Part shown: in pieces, positions 17,500 through 28,917 of the stretch
Layout of the letters: every line of letters starts with the position of its first letter
How positions within the stretch are numbered: position 1 is the first letter of the stretch
Source of the DNA: Okeania sp.
Lineage (GTDB): Bacteria > Cyanobacteriota > Cyanobacteriia > Cyanobacteriales > Microcoleaceae
Direction of reading: 5' to 3'
Length of the DNA stretch: 32,000 nt
Assembly (NCBI RefSeq): GCF_035285525.1
Contig: NZ_JAYKGW010000138.1
Location: 13,894-45,893, forward strand
Translations under genes and position numbers: made by a program
The notes under the pieces: model-generated
What the model saw: the letters and a program-made list of their open reading frames with translations, nothing else
The model's database searches: none
Told to the model about the DNA's origin: nothing

Positions 17500-19116
17500 T
17501 TAATTGAGAACAACAGTATTATCAGGGATACCGTTTAAATTAACACCTCCTGCTTGTCCATTTACCTGGTTCGCAGGTACTATGCTGCCATCAGGTAATT
17601 GAACTAATAATACACCTGTAACTGGATCTGGTTGAGGAGGAGCCTCAACTAAAGGAGTACCAACTGGACTGATTCCCACTAGATTAGGTAGTCCGAAGTT
17701 GTTAACTCCATCACCTCCATACTGAGTACCTACTAAACCAAACAACTGACCATTTTCAGCAACTGGCAACAGTTGACCTTCAAGAGAGAAGAAACCAGAT
17801 GGCACGGTTTGATTAGGCCATAGAATAATTTCTCCAGTTAAAAAGTCTGTGGGAGCGTTGTCTCCAGCAATTATGTAGCCAATAGGGAATGTGGGAATTC
17901 CCGGACCAGCAGGACCAGCCGGACCAGTCGCACCCACGGGACCAGCCGGACCAGCCGGACCAGTTGCACCCACAGGACCAGCCGGACCTATAGGACCTAC
18001 AGGACCTATTGGACCAGTTGCACCGGGAGCCCCAGCCGGACCTGCAGGACCTAGTGGACCAGTTGCACCGGGAGCCCCAGCCAGACCAGGAGCACCATCA
18101 GCACCAGCGGGACCTACAGGACCTATTGGACCAGCCGGACCCACAGGACCTACAGGACCTATTGGACCAATCGCACCGGGAGCCCCAGCCGGACCAGGAG
18201 CACCATCAGCACCAGCGGGACCTACAGGACCTACAGGACCAATCGCACCGGGAGCCCCAGCGGGACCTACAGGACCTATTGGACCAATCGCACCGGGAGC
18301 CCCAGCCGGACCAGGAGCACCATCAGCACCAGCGGGACCCACCGGACCTATTGGACCAGTTGCACCTATTGGACCTACAGGACCTACAGGACCTATTGCA
18401 CCGGGAGCCCCAGCTGGACCAGGAGCACCATCAGCACCAGCAGGACCCACCGGGCCTATTGGACCAGTTGCACCTATAGGGCCTACAGGACCTACAGGAC
18501 CTATTGGACCTATTGGACCAGTTGCACCTACAGGACCTACTGGACCTATTGGACCTATTGGACCTATTGGACCTACAGGACCTATTGCACCGGGAGCCCC
18601 AGCTGGACCAGGAGCACCATCAGCACCAGCAGGACCCACCGGACCTATTGGACCAGTTGCACCTATAGGGCCTACAGGACCTACAGGACCAGTTGCACCA
18701 GGAGCACCAGCCGGACCTATTGGACCAGTTGCACCTATAGGGCCTACAGGACCTACAGGACCAGTTGCACCAGGAGCACCAGCCGGACCAGGAGCACCAT
18801 CAGCACCAGCGGGACCCATCGGGCCTATTGGACCAGTTGCACCTATAGGACCTACAGGACCAGTTGCACCGGGAGCACCAGCCGGACCAGTTGCACCTAC
18901 CGGACCAGCAGGACCTACAGGACCCGGTATTATGGGAATTGGAACTTCAACAAATTGATTAGGAATAATTTCTGGTCCATCAACTAACTCAAAGCCTGGT
19001 AAAGTTGTTGGAGCTCCTGGTACTAGAGTGTTAATAGGTGAAGGAACGAATATATTATCTGTAACTTGAGATCCTGTTAATGTTAAAAGACTAGGATCAA
19101 ACAAAGTCTCATCCAT
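17500..19116 (-). CDS. Collagen-like triple-helix-repeat protein with a C-terminal phage tail-collar domain (MdpB/COG4675-like)
   Basis: 538-aa ORF. Aa 65-406 are 114 uninterrupted G-X-Y triplets ([18 protein letters not shown]). Aa ~409-482 match the tail-collar domain consensus ([52 protein letters not shown]). GGAG lies ~10 nt upstream of the ATG. The non-repetitive N- and C-termini exist only on this strand. Confidence 0.88.
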   Translation of the reverse strand: MDETLFDPSLLTLTGSQVTDNIFVPSPINTLVPGAPTTLPGFELVDGPEIIPNQFVEVPIPIIPGPVGPAGPVGATGPAGAPGATGPVGPIGATGPIGPMGPAGADGAPGPAGAPGATGPVGPVGPIGATGPIGPAGAPGATGPVGPVGPIGATGPIGPVGPAGADGAPGPAGAPGAIGPVGPIGPIGPIGPVGPVGATGPIGPIGPVGPVGPIGATGPIGPVGPAGADGAPGPAGAPGAIGPVGPVGPIGATGPIGPVGPAGADGAPGPAGAPGAIGPIGPVGPAGAPGAIGPVGPVGPAGADGAPGPAGAPGAIGPIGPVGPVGPAGPIGPVGPAGADGAPGLAGAPGATGPLGPAGPAGAPGATGPIGPVGPIGPAGPVGATGPAGPAGPVGATGPAGPAGPGIPTFPIGYIIAGDNAPTDFLTGEIILWPNQTVPSGFFSLEGQLLPVAENGQLFGLVGTQYGGDGVNNFGLPNLVGISPVGTPLVEAPPQPDPVTGVLLVQLPDGSIVPANQVNGQAGGVNLNGIPDNTVVLN

Positions 19117-20366
19117 ACATTTTTTTCTCCAGAAAGTAATTTTTCCAAGATTATAAGTGAGAATTTAACTTTTGAGAAAAAAATTTTGGCAATCTAGCTA
19201 TTAAAAGACTAAGCCATTTTAATGAATTATCAAAAAAATTTAAGTGGCCTAATACTTTTGTCTCTCTAAACCTAAATTTTTTGGTGAGGTAAAACTTTCA
19301 AAGTATCACAAATTAACTGAAATAAAAATAGATTTTATATTCAAAAACTCAAATACATAATTCTACTTTCTATAACATTTTCCTAAATCAAAACTTCTTA
19401 GTTTATTTGACAGCTTACAATTACTATTAATATGAATAATTTATTGATTATGCACATTGAGATTATCGAATAGTGTTTAAGTTTACAGAAATGAAAGAAA
19501 AGAATTAATCTTGTACAAACTTCCATTAAATATCTAGCCAAAAATAAGGCGGTCGAAGAAGATTTGCATAGCTAAAAAAAACATACTGTCTTTATTTTTT
19601 TTATCAAATTTTCTAGTCTGAAAAATACTTGAAAGTCACTCTAAGCTAGGGAGTTAGGACAGGCTAATAAAAATAATTAGAACCTTTGGTAATACAAAAA
19701 CCATACCTTTTCAACCTAAAAGTCTATGACTGTATATATTTGAGCCTATTTCTTGCTACTTTTTTGTGTGAATTTTGGTAAGACAATATAAATAGATTAA
19801 ATTTGGCTTTAGCTCTAAATTTTCAACTTACACTTAGTTAGGGTTTATCGATACAAACATAAAAAAATACAGATAAAGCTTTGAGCTTTTTTGGGTAGAA
19901 AAAAGTCTGAACTTTTAGGCTGCTGAAATTCAAAAATTGAGCATTTTTTGTTGACGATGACAGAAAAATAACTTTGACTATTTTTCCGACTATCTCACTC
20001 TGTAACTATTTCTTTTAACTATTCCCGACCAAGAGCAAAAATTTCCATAAGTATACCCTAATTAAAATTAGAGACTTGTCAACAAATAGAATACCAATTT
20101 TAAGTTGGGTGCAGTGTCAAAAAGCTTAAAAAAAATGGTAGTTTATTAAATTGCAATTCCCTTACTAAATCAATAAACATTGTTACTTTAGCTGTTGTTT
20201 AGTAGCCGACTTCAGTAACTAACCAGAAACCTTTGAAAACCCACTTTTTTTCTCCCACATTCATGTTTGTATATATTCGCTTGGTTATAAACTATTAAAT
20301 GGATTTAACCTTATAGCAAACATTTCATTTAACCAGAGAGTGTGAAAAAGTACCAAGACCTGGTAA

Positions 20367-21572
<1,206 letters not shown>

Positions 21573-22164
21573 AAAAAACTCAACCATCAGATTCTGCACA
21601 AAATACAATAGCATCCAAAACTAAGGAACAAAGTTCTGCACAAAGCGCAGTAGCATCTAAATCTGAATAGTAAATCTATCTTTAATTTTGTAGCAGATTT
21701 ATTGATGGTTAGGTATGCTTTTCATAAGCAAATTATCTATGTCACCAAGGTTTTATTTTTAGCATTAATACCTCATATATTGAGAATCTGCTGTAATGAA
21801 TTTGATAATACTTTAATCAGAGTTTTATCTATATATTAAGAGGTAATAATTAAATTTATTACCAAAAAATTAGGTATAAAGCCTCCCCTTTTCAGGGGAT
21901 GAAAAATAACTCAGTATTTCAATCCTCCGGCTTGAGTCGGAGGTTCACTCTCTACTGTTTCGCTGCGCGACAAAAGCGCAACTCCGACCCAGGAGACTAA
22001 CTGATAACTGAAATGACCTCTGATAATCTTGATTTATTTCACTTAACTTAACTGAGTTGAATTGTACCAAGACCACTGGATTTGATATTATTTATTAAAT
22101 TTATTCCTACAACTAAACTTGTTATAATACTCAAAAAAAAAGCAATATTTTGACTAATATTTTT

Positions 22165-22355
22165 GCAAGCATTCTGCATCGTCAGCTAAGAGCTATCAGC
22201 TTCTGAAAAAAATCTATAATTTCCGACTATAAATTATATGGGTTAAAAGCTCAGATATATAGTTGAAAAGTATAAGTTGAAAGAGCGCTTGACTTACTTC
22301 ATTCATTAAAAAAACTAAGAGCTGACTGCTGAGGTGCTAATAGCTGAATGCTTAC
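22165..22355. mobile_element. MITE-like element, family A (191 bp), inverted relative to the copy at 206-370
   Basis: The reverse complement of the right end, GTAAGCATTCAGCTATTAGCA, is identical over 21 nt to the left end of the copy at 206. The left end is GCAAGCATTCTGCATCGTCAGC. It ends 34 nt before the sqdX ATG. Confidence 0.6.
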
Positions 22356-22389
22356 ATATTTTTTTTGATTTTATAAGCTAAATATACTT

Positions 22390-23523
22390 ATGAAAATAGC
22401 CCTTTTTACTGAAACCTTTCTACCAAAAATAGATGGTATAGTTACCCGTCTGTGTCACACTGTCGAACATCTACAACGTTCTGGCGACCAAGTGTTAATC
22501 TTTTCTCCCGCAGGAGGAATTACAGAATATAAAGGAGCAAAAATTTGTGGCATTGAAGGTTTTCCCCTCCCCCTATATCCTGAATTAAAATTAGCAATAC
22601 CAAATCCTGTAATTAGAGAAAAATTAGAAAAATTTCAGCCAGATATAGTTCATGTTGCTAATCCTGCGGTACTCGGATTAGGTGGTTTATTCTATGCCAA
22701 AAATCTCAATATACCACTCGTAGCATCTTATCATACTCACTTGCCTCAATACCTACATCACTACAATTTAGGAATGCTAGAAGGTCTACTTTGGGAATTA
22801 CTAAAATTAGGTCATAACCAAGCCGACCTAAATCTTTGTACATCTACAGCAATGGTAAAAGAACTGAGCAACCACGGCATAGAACGAGTAGACTTATGGC
22901 AGCGAGGAGTAGATACAGAATTATTTCAACCCCATCATGCAAGTCAGGAAATGCGCGATCGCCTCAGTCAAGGAAATCCAGATAATACAATATTGCTATA
23001 TGTTGGCCGTTTAGGGGCAGAAAAAGAAATTGAGCGGATTAAACCAATCTTAGAGGCCATCCCTAACGCTTGTCTGGCTCTGGTAGGTGATGGCCCGAAC
23101 CGACAAAACCTAGAAGAACATTTTGCCGATAGTCCCACTCATTTTGTGGGCTATTTGCGTGGTCAAGAATTGGCCTCTGCTTATGCTTCTGCTGATGCCT
23201 TTATTTTTCCTTCTCGTACAGAAACCTTGGGGTTGGTACTTTTGGAAGCAATGGCCGCCGGGACTCCAGTAGTAGCTGTTAAGTCTGGAGGCATACCTGA
23301 TATAGTTACAGATGGCATAAATGGTTATCTATTCGATCCGGCTGATGAACAAGGGGCTATTACAGCAACTCAAAATCTTTTGGCTAGGTCAGAAGCACGA
23401 GAAACCTTGAGGAAAAATGCTAGAGCTGAAGCTGAACTTTGGGGATGGTCAGCAGCAACTCAACAGTTAAGAAACTATTATCAAAAAATTATTTCTAGTT
23501 ATTCCCAATTATGGGCAGCTTAG
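22390..23523 (+). CDS. sqdX: Sulfoquinovosyl-diacylglycerol synthase (GT4 glycosyltransferase SqdX)
   Basis: 377-aa GT4 fold. N-terminus MKIALFTETFLPKIDGIV and C-terminal sugar-nucleotide binding block FPSRTETLGLVLLEAMAAGTPVV. It is positioned downstream of sqdB. Confidence 0.85.
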   Translation: MKIALFTETFLPKIDGIVTRLCHTVEHLQRSGDQVLIFSPAGGITEYKGAKICGIEGFPLPLYPELKLAIPNPVIREKLEKFQPDIVHVANPAVLGLGGLFYAKNLNIPLVASYHTHLPQYLHHYNLGMLEGLLWELLKLGHNQADLNLCTSTAMVKELSNHGIERVDLWQRGVDTELFQPHHASQEMRDRLSQGNPDNTILLYVGRLGAEKEIERIKPILEAIPNACLALVGDGPNRQNLEEHFADSPTHFVGYLRGQELASAYASADAFIFPSRTETLGLVLLEAMAAGTPVVAVKSGGIPDIVTDGINGYLFDPADEQGAITATQNLLARSEARETLRKNARAEAELWGWSAATQQLRNYYQKIISSYSQLWAA

Positions 23524-23914
23524 AGAGATAGATTGTGTGAAGTGTGGTTCGTGTGGGAAGAAATTAAAAAATATATTTCTTCATTATTACTATACTATGC
23601 AGGAGTGCTAAAAAATTGAACAAACAAGACAGGCATTTTGCTTGTACATTCTTTCTCCTTCCTTCTTCGTTCTTTTTTTTTCTTTCTTCTTCTTTGACCA
23701 AGAAATAAGGTCTCAAGGCTCCCTATTCCATTGAGGTACTGATAACTGATAAGTGATAACTGAAATGACCATAACCTAATATTTTATTTCATCAATGCCC
23801 TCTTATAACTTTTTTTTGGTAGACTGTATAGTGCCACTTTGTAAAATTTAAACAAAGCAAAATAAACTTAAAACTTAAACTAGAGCCATTTAACATTAAG
23901 AAAAAGCAGTCCAA

Positions 23915-26506
23915 ATGACATTCTCAGATGCTAGTGGCAGTATTCTCGCAACATTGACTCAAATTGAGCGTATGGGTCTACTGGCAACTCGCGTCAAAGA
24001 TTTGCCAGTAGGAGAGTTTGTTTGTCTGTTGGACTTTATTACTGCAGAGTTTCATCAATACCTTAGAGCTATTGACTTAATTAATAATGAAGGTGTAGAA
24101 ACTCTACTAGAACAACTATTAGATGCTTTTACCTTAAAAATTGGTCAAGTCCTGAAAGCCGATCAAACAACTATTTTTCTGGTTAACCAAGAAAAACAAC
24201 AACTGTGGTACAAGACAAATATCGGAAATACAAATAAATCTCAAGAGTATGGCTTACCAATTAATCTTGGTATTTTAGGTCATGTTGCTACCACAGGAGA
24301 ACTACTCAATATTGCTGATGCCAAAACTCACCCATTATTCAATGAAGAGGTAGACCAGCCACCAGGTTATAATACTCGTACTATCCTATGTATGCCACTT
24401 TTTAGCATTACGAATACTACCAAACCAGTGGCAGTGGCACGACTACTAAATAAGGAGGGTGATGTCCCTTTCGATCAGGAAGATGAAAAGCTCTTCCGCT
24501 CCTTTGCTGACTCAATGGGAATCATTCTCGAAAGTTGTCAGTCTTTTTATGTTGCATCTCGAAACCAACGAGGAGTTTCAGCTCTACTTAAGGCCACGAC
24601 AACTCTGGGTCAAAGTTTAGACCTAGAAACAACATTAAGAGCTGTAATGGATCAAGCTCGTAATTTGATGCAGGCAGATCGTAGCACATTATTTCTACTT
24701 AGTAAAGAAACCAATGAACTTTGGACTAAGGTCGCCACAGCAGATCGGAAAAAAATGATAGAAATTAGAATACCAGCAGATCGTGGTATAGCTGGTTATG
24801 TTGCTTCTACTGGAAAAACTCTAAATATTCCTAATGCTTATACAGACCCTCGTTTTGATCCTAGTACAGATGAAAAAACGGGATATGAGACTAGAAATAT
24901 TTTATGTATGCCAGTTTATAATGCTAAAGGAGAATTGATTGGGGTAACTCAATTAGTTAATAAAAATCAAGGTAGTTTTACTTCTTCAGACGAAAAGTTT
25001 TTATTAGCTTTTAATGCTCAAGCGGGTATTGCTCTGCAAAATTCTCAACTGTTTGAAAATGTTTTAGTAGAAAAACAATATCAGAAAGATATTTTACAGA
25101 GTTTGTCTGATGTGGTAATTTCTACAGATATGCAAGGTAGAATTGTGACTATTAATGAAGCAGCTTTAGAAATGTTGGGTTGTCCGATTAAACACGAAGT
25201 TCAAGGTAAGACAAACGGGGAAATTTGGGAAGAAAAACTACTGGGTAGAAATATATGGGAAGTTATTCCGATTGAAAATTTGAAGTTTCGTTTAGAAGAT
25301 AGTCTGAAACATGGTACTAGACAATATGTTCCAGAACAAAATTTACGTATAGGGTCTGTGCTGAAAAAAGAAGGGGAAGAAACGGTTTATATTCTAGCAG
25401 TTCCTGACCACAATAATCCTAATATTTATTTTCCTTGGGGAGAAAGAACATCAACAAATATTCAGCAAAATTATATTCAGAATAATCATAAAAATAATAG
25501 CCAATTTATAGACTTATCTGAAATAAACCAAGTCTTGGACAAGAGTTTAAATTTGACAGTAAATCCTTTAACTAATCCTGAAGGTGGTGTTCGTGGAGGG
25601 TTGATAGTTTTAGAAGATATTAGTCAAGAAAAACGGATGAAAAAGGCTTTGTATCGCTACATGACTCCTGGGGTGGCAGAACAAGTAATGGCTTTAGGAG
25701 AAGATGCTTTATTGGAAGGAGAACGCAAAGAAGTAACTGTTTTATTTTCTGATATTCGGGGTTATACAACTATAACAGAAAATTTAGAAGCATCTGAAGT
25801 TGTGAAACTTTTGAATCAATATTTTGAGACAATGGTAGAGGCAGTATTTGACCATGAAGGAACTTTGGATAAGTTTATGGGAGATGCTTTAATGGCAGTT
25901 TTTGGCGCACCATTACCTTTAGAAAATCATGCTTTAATGGCGGTGAAAACGGCTTTGGATATGCGTCTGCGTCTCCGAGAATTTAATTTATCTCGCCCTA
26001 ATGAAACCAAATTTAAAGTTGGTATTGGTATTAGTTCAGGAGAGGTAGTTTCTGGTAATATTGGTTCTCATAAAAGAATGGATTATACAGTTATTGGGGA
26101 TGGTGTAAATTTGAGTTCCCGTTTAGAATCAATTACTAAACAATATGGTTGTGATATTATTTTGAGTGAGTTTACTTATAAACTTTGTAGTGATTATATT
26201 TTGGTTAGAGAGTTAGATAAAGTTAAGGTTAAAGGTAAACAACAAGCTGTGAGTATTTATGAATTAATTGGGGAAATTTCTCAACCTATTGACTTAGAAA
26301 CAGAACAATTTTTAGAGGTTTATATTAAAGCTAGAGCAGCTTATAAAGAAAAGAAATTTACTCAAGCAATAGATTATTTTGAGACGGCGCAAAAAATTAG
26401 ACCTAAAGATCAAACTGTTGCTATACATATTAAGCGATCGCTTGATTATATTAAAGCTCCACCACCTAATGATTGGGATGGTAGTTATACTATGACAACA
26501 AAATAA
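23915..26506 (+). CDS. cyaB: Class III adenylate cyclase with GAF-GAF-PAS-cyclase-TPR-like architecture (CyaB1/CyaB2 type)
   Basis: 863 aa. Two GAF domains carry NKFDE-type motifs (LLNKEGDVPFDQEDEKLF; LVNKNQGSFTSSDEKFL). A PAS-like segment follows (ILQSLSDVVISTDMQGRIVTINEAA). The cyclase catalytic motifs are VLFSDIRGYT, KFMGDALMAVFG and GDGVNLSSRLES. There is a helical C-terminal tail. Confidence 0.9.
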   Translation: MTFSDASGSILATLTQIERMGLLATRVKDLPVGEFVCLLDFITAEFHQYLRAIDLINNEGVETLLEQLLDAFTLKIGQVLKADQTTIFLVNQEKQQLWYKTNIGNTNKSQEYGLPINLGILGHVATTGELLNIADAKTHPLFNEEVDQPPGYNTRTILCMPLFSITNTTKPVAVARLLNKEGDVPFDQEDEKLFRSFADSMGIILESCQSFYVASRNQRGVSALLKATTTLGQSLDLETTLRAVMDQARNLMQADRSTLFLLSKETNELWTKVATADRKKMIEIRIPADRGIAGYVASTGKTLNIPNAYTDPRFDPSTDEKTGYETRNILCMPVYNAKGELIGVTQLVNKNQGSFTSSDEKFLLAFNAQAGIALQNSQLFENVLVEKQYQKDILQSLSDVVISTDMQGRIVTINEAALEMLGCPIKHEVQGKTNGEIWEEKLLGRNIWEVIPIENLKFRLEDSLKHGTRQYVPEQNLRIGSVLKKEGEETVYILAVPDHNNPNIYFPWGERTSTNIQQNYIQNNHKNNSQFIDLSEINQVLDKSLNLTVNPLTNPEGGVRGGLIVLEDISQEKRMKKALYRYMTPGVAEQVMALGEDALLEGERKEVTVLFSDIRGYTTITENLEASEVVKLLNQYFETMVEAVFDHEGTLDKFMGDALMAVFGAPLPLENHALMAVKTALDMRLRLREFNLSRPNETKFKVGIGISSGEVVSGNIGSHKRMDYTVIGDGVNLSSRLESITKQYGCDIILSEFTYKLCSDYILVRELDKVKVKGKQQAVSIYELIGEISQPIDLETEQFLEVYIKARAAYKEKKFTQAIDYFETAQKIRPKDQTVAIHIKRSLDYIKAPPPNDWDGSYTMTTK

Positions 26507-26511
26507 TTAAT

Positions 26512-26548
<37 letters not shown>

Positions 26549-26594
26549 TACAGCACTTTTGAGGATAGTTAAGTAAATATTCAATATCAAACCT

Positions 26595-26689
26595 TTGTAA
26601 CACAGCCTTCTAGGCTGTCTTATCTTATGTGTGCTGATATTGTGCTGAAAAAATTAACTCTTGTAACACAGCCTTCTAGGCTGTCTTAT
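26595..26689. repeat. Two direct copies (period 66 bp) of TTGTAACACAGCCTTCTAGGCTGTCTTAT, each with a 7-bp-stem hairpin
   Basis: Copies at 26595-26623 and 26661-26689. The ACAGCCT-TCT-AGGCTGT hairpins are at 26602-26618 and 26668-26684. Confidence 0.85.
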
Positions 26690-26840
26690 GTGTGCTTCAC
26701 TGATATAAATATAAAATATGCTGTAATTGATAATTAATAATGAAAACTACTGGATTATTTTACCTAAAATAGTGCATTAGGGAGTAGAAAAGAAAGAAAA
26801 TTGTTGGGTTTCGTCCCTCAACCCAACCTACATCTATAAC

Positions 26841-26945
26841 TATATTAAAACTCCACCATCGAATGATTGGGATGGTAGTTATACTATGACAACTACATAA
26901 TTGATAATTGATAATTGATAATTAATAATGGATAATGAAAACTAC
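26841..26945 (+). repeat. Displaced duplicate of the last ~54 nt of cyaB plus its stop codon, followed by an AT-rich heptamer module
   Basis: 26841-26900 aligns with 26447-26506 with 5 mismatches in 60 nt, and the TAA is retained at the same position. 26898-26945 is an expanded version of 26724-26750 (TAATTGATAATTAATAATGAAAACTAC). Confidence 0.85.
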
Positions 26946-27044
26946 AAGAGTTTCTCAAGTTATTAGGTACAGTTGTTTTTCTTATTTTCTATTCCCTATT
27001 GCCTGTTCCCTATTGCCTGTTCCCTATTCCCTCAAATACTAAAA

Positions 27045-27770
27045 ATGAAACTAATATTATTAGCAACTATTATTATTTTCTCCCAACTTGGTTGGATAAA
27101 CTCAGCTAAAGCAGCTAATCCAGAAGCTATCCGCAGACTATTAGAAACTAAGGAATGTGCGGGATGTGACCTCCGTGGAGCTAACTTATCTAATGCTAAT
27201 TTGATAGGAGCAAACCTGGAAGGAGCAAACCTGGAAGGAGCAAATTTATCTGGTGCTAACCTAGCAGTGACTATTCTTTTTCGTGCTAATCTTGCTAATG
27301 CTAACCTTTTTAGAACGACAATGAATGATGCTGATCTTCGAGGTGCAGATTTAAGAGATGCTTACTTAGTTCGTGCTAATTTATCTAGAGCTTATCTCAC
27401 AGGAGCAAATTTAGAAAATGCTAATCTTTTTCAAACAAATTTGATAGAATGTCTGGCTAGTGGTGCTAATTTTTCTAATGCTAATTTACAAGAATCAAGT
27501 TGGTTTAGGGCTAACTTAGTAAATGCTGATTTCAAAGCATCCGATCTTTTTAATGCTAATCTACATCGAGCAAATTTGCAGAATGCTGATTTTTCTAATG
27601 CTAATTTGACTAAAGCTAAGTTAATGGAAACAAATATTACTCTTGCTAATCTCAGTGGCGCGAACTTAGAAGGAATTAATGTCCGTGGTACAAGTATCGG
27701 TCCGAGTTTGTGTTTAATTACTAATTATATAGAATGTGCGCCGCCAAAAGTAATTCCAGAAGTGGAGTAG
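27045..27770 (+). CDS. Secreted/lumenal pentapeptide-repeat protein
   Basis: Signal peptide [23 protein letters not shown], then ~35 consecutive A(N/D)LxX pentapeptides ([15 protein letters not shown] ...). Flanking Cys pairs (ECAGCDL; CLITNYIEC). I moved the start to the ATG at 27045 because the ORF-track N-terminal extension runs through a CCCTATTGCCTGTT tandem repeat. Confidence 0.88.
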   Translation: MKLILLATIIIFSQLGWINSAKAANPEAIRRLLETKECAGCDLRGANLSNANLIGANLEGANLEGANLSGANLAVTILFRANLANANLFRTTMNDADLRGADLRDAYLVRANLSRAYLTGANLENANLFQTNLIECLASGANFSNANLQESSWFRANLVNADFKASDLFNANLHRANLQNADFSNANLTKAKLMETNITLANLSGANLEGINVRGTSIGPSLCLITNYIECAPPKVIPEVE

Positions 27771-27932
27771 AAATTTTATTTTGAGGGTAGTTGGTTTATT
27801 TGTCGTTGATTTTTCCCAGCATAGAAACCAAGTTTGTATTAGATAGTTTACTATACTAACATTTGTAACAAACCCGGTTTCTCATATAGCACTTTTCAAA
27901 TTGATGAACCACATCGCCATAACCAAAAGTTT

Positions 27933-27960
27933 GTAGGGACGTTCCATGGAACGTCCCTAC
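27933..27960. repeat. Perfect 28-bp palindrome GTAGGGACGTTCCATGGAACGTCCCTAC
   Basis: Both halves are exact reverse complements centred on CCATGG. It lies in the intergenic region between convergent genes. Confidence 0.95.
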
Positions 27961-28099
27961 TGTGGTTTACCCAAATGAAAATCGCTATAAACTGGATTTG
28001 ATATCAAACAATAGGTAGGAGCGAACAGCCATTCACTCCCTACAATATTATAATCTTATCCTCATAATTCTGATACCGATTTGATAAATTATGCAGTCA

Positions 28100-28133
28100 A
28101 TACAAAAATAGGGATGTTCAATAGAACATCCCT
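28100..28133 (-). terminator. Candidate Rho-independent terminator of the PEP-CTERM gene 28180..28917
   Basis: The minus strand reads AGGGATGTTC-TATT-GAACATCCCT (10-bp stem, 4-nt loop, 28110-28133) followed by ATTTTTGTA. It lies 47 nt downstream of the stop codon. Confidence 0.55.
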
Positions 28134-28179
28134 TCTTTGGTTTCATAATTATTTATTAAAGTAGAGTGAAAATTAACGT

Positions 28180-28917
28180 TTACTTAGAAGCTTTCTTGCG
28201 ACGAGTAACAACTAAACCCGCACCAACGACACCGAGACCGAGTAATACAGTTGGTTCAGGAGTAGAGACAGTAAACATAGCACCAGAAAAAGTCATGTTC
28301 TCAAGGGAACCATCACCTTGAAGTAAAGCATCAACAGCAGCTTTTGTAGTATTATTGGTCTGGAATGTCAGGTTACCTTTACCTTTGTAGGTGTTAGCAC
28401 CAAAGATAAAATCTCCATAAAGAGCTACATCTATAGACACATTTGCACCACTTTGTGAAGTTTTATAACTAGCCTTACTTAGATTAAAAACGTTGAGTCC
28501 ATCTGTAATGGTAGTATTATTGGGAGCTGAGACTCCAGGTGCGCCAAACGTACTTACACCAAAATCAATAAAATTATCAATAGCTACATTACTTGTAAAA
28601 AGAGGTCCATCAGGTGTAAAACTTACATCGAACTCTTCGATGTCTTGAATATTAGCAGTGTCAAAACCTGTAAATATGCCATCTCCCCCTACGATACCAA
28701 TAAGTCCCTGGTTAAAGTTTAATTCTGGGTTATCTCCCAACACACCATTTAAGTTTACTGTAGTTGATGTAACCTGAGGAGTTGGACTGCTCATATCAAT
28801 TAACGTACCACCACCTATTTGAAATTCACCAAAACTAGCAGCATTAGCAACACCAGTAAATACAGTACCTAAAGCGAAAGGAATAGTAGCAAGAGAAGCA
28901 AGAATTATGTTTTTCAT
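28180..28917 (-). CDS. PEP-CTERM sorting-domain secreted protein
   Basis: Signal peptide MKNIILASLATIPFALGTVFTGVANA. C-terminus TPEPTVLLGLGVVGAGLVVTRRKKASK (PEP motif, TM helix, basic tail). GGAG lies ~9 nt upstream of the ATG. Confidence 0.85.
   Translation of the reverse strand: MKNIILASLATIPFALGTVFTGVANAASFGEFQIGGGTLIDMSSPTPQVTSTTVNLNGVLGDNPELNFNQGLIGIVGGDGIFTGFDTANIQDIEEFDVSFTPDGPLFTSNVAIDNFIDFGVSTFGAPGVSAPNNTTITDGLNVFNLSKASYKTSQSGANVSIDVALYGDFIFGANTYKGKGNLTFQTNNTTKAAVDALLQGDGSLENMTFSGAMFTVSTPEPTVLLGLGVVGAGLVVTRRKKASK

Noticed and set aside
17891-18958. 355-aa ORF (and the 156-aa ORF 18009..18479) on the plus strand, antisense to the collagen-like gene
   Set aside because: They are artefacts of the GGN-CCN codon periodicity, which keeps antisense frames open. 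The plus-strand products break the Gly-every-third-residue rule ([15 protein letters not shown]) and lack any non-repetitive domains. The minus-strand ORF has perfect G-X-Y periodicity plus a recognisable tail-collar domain and an SD-like sequence.
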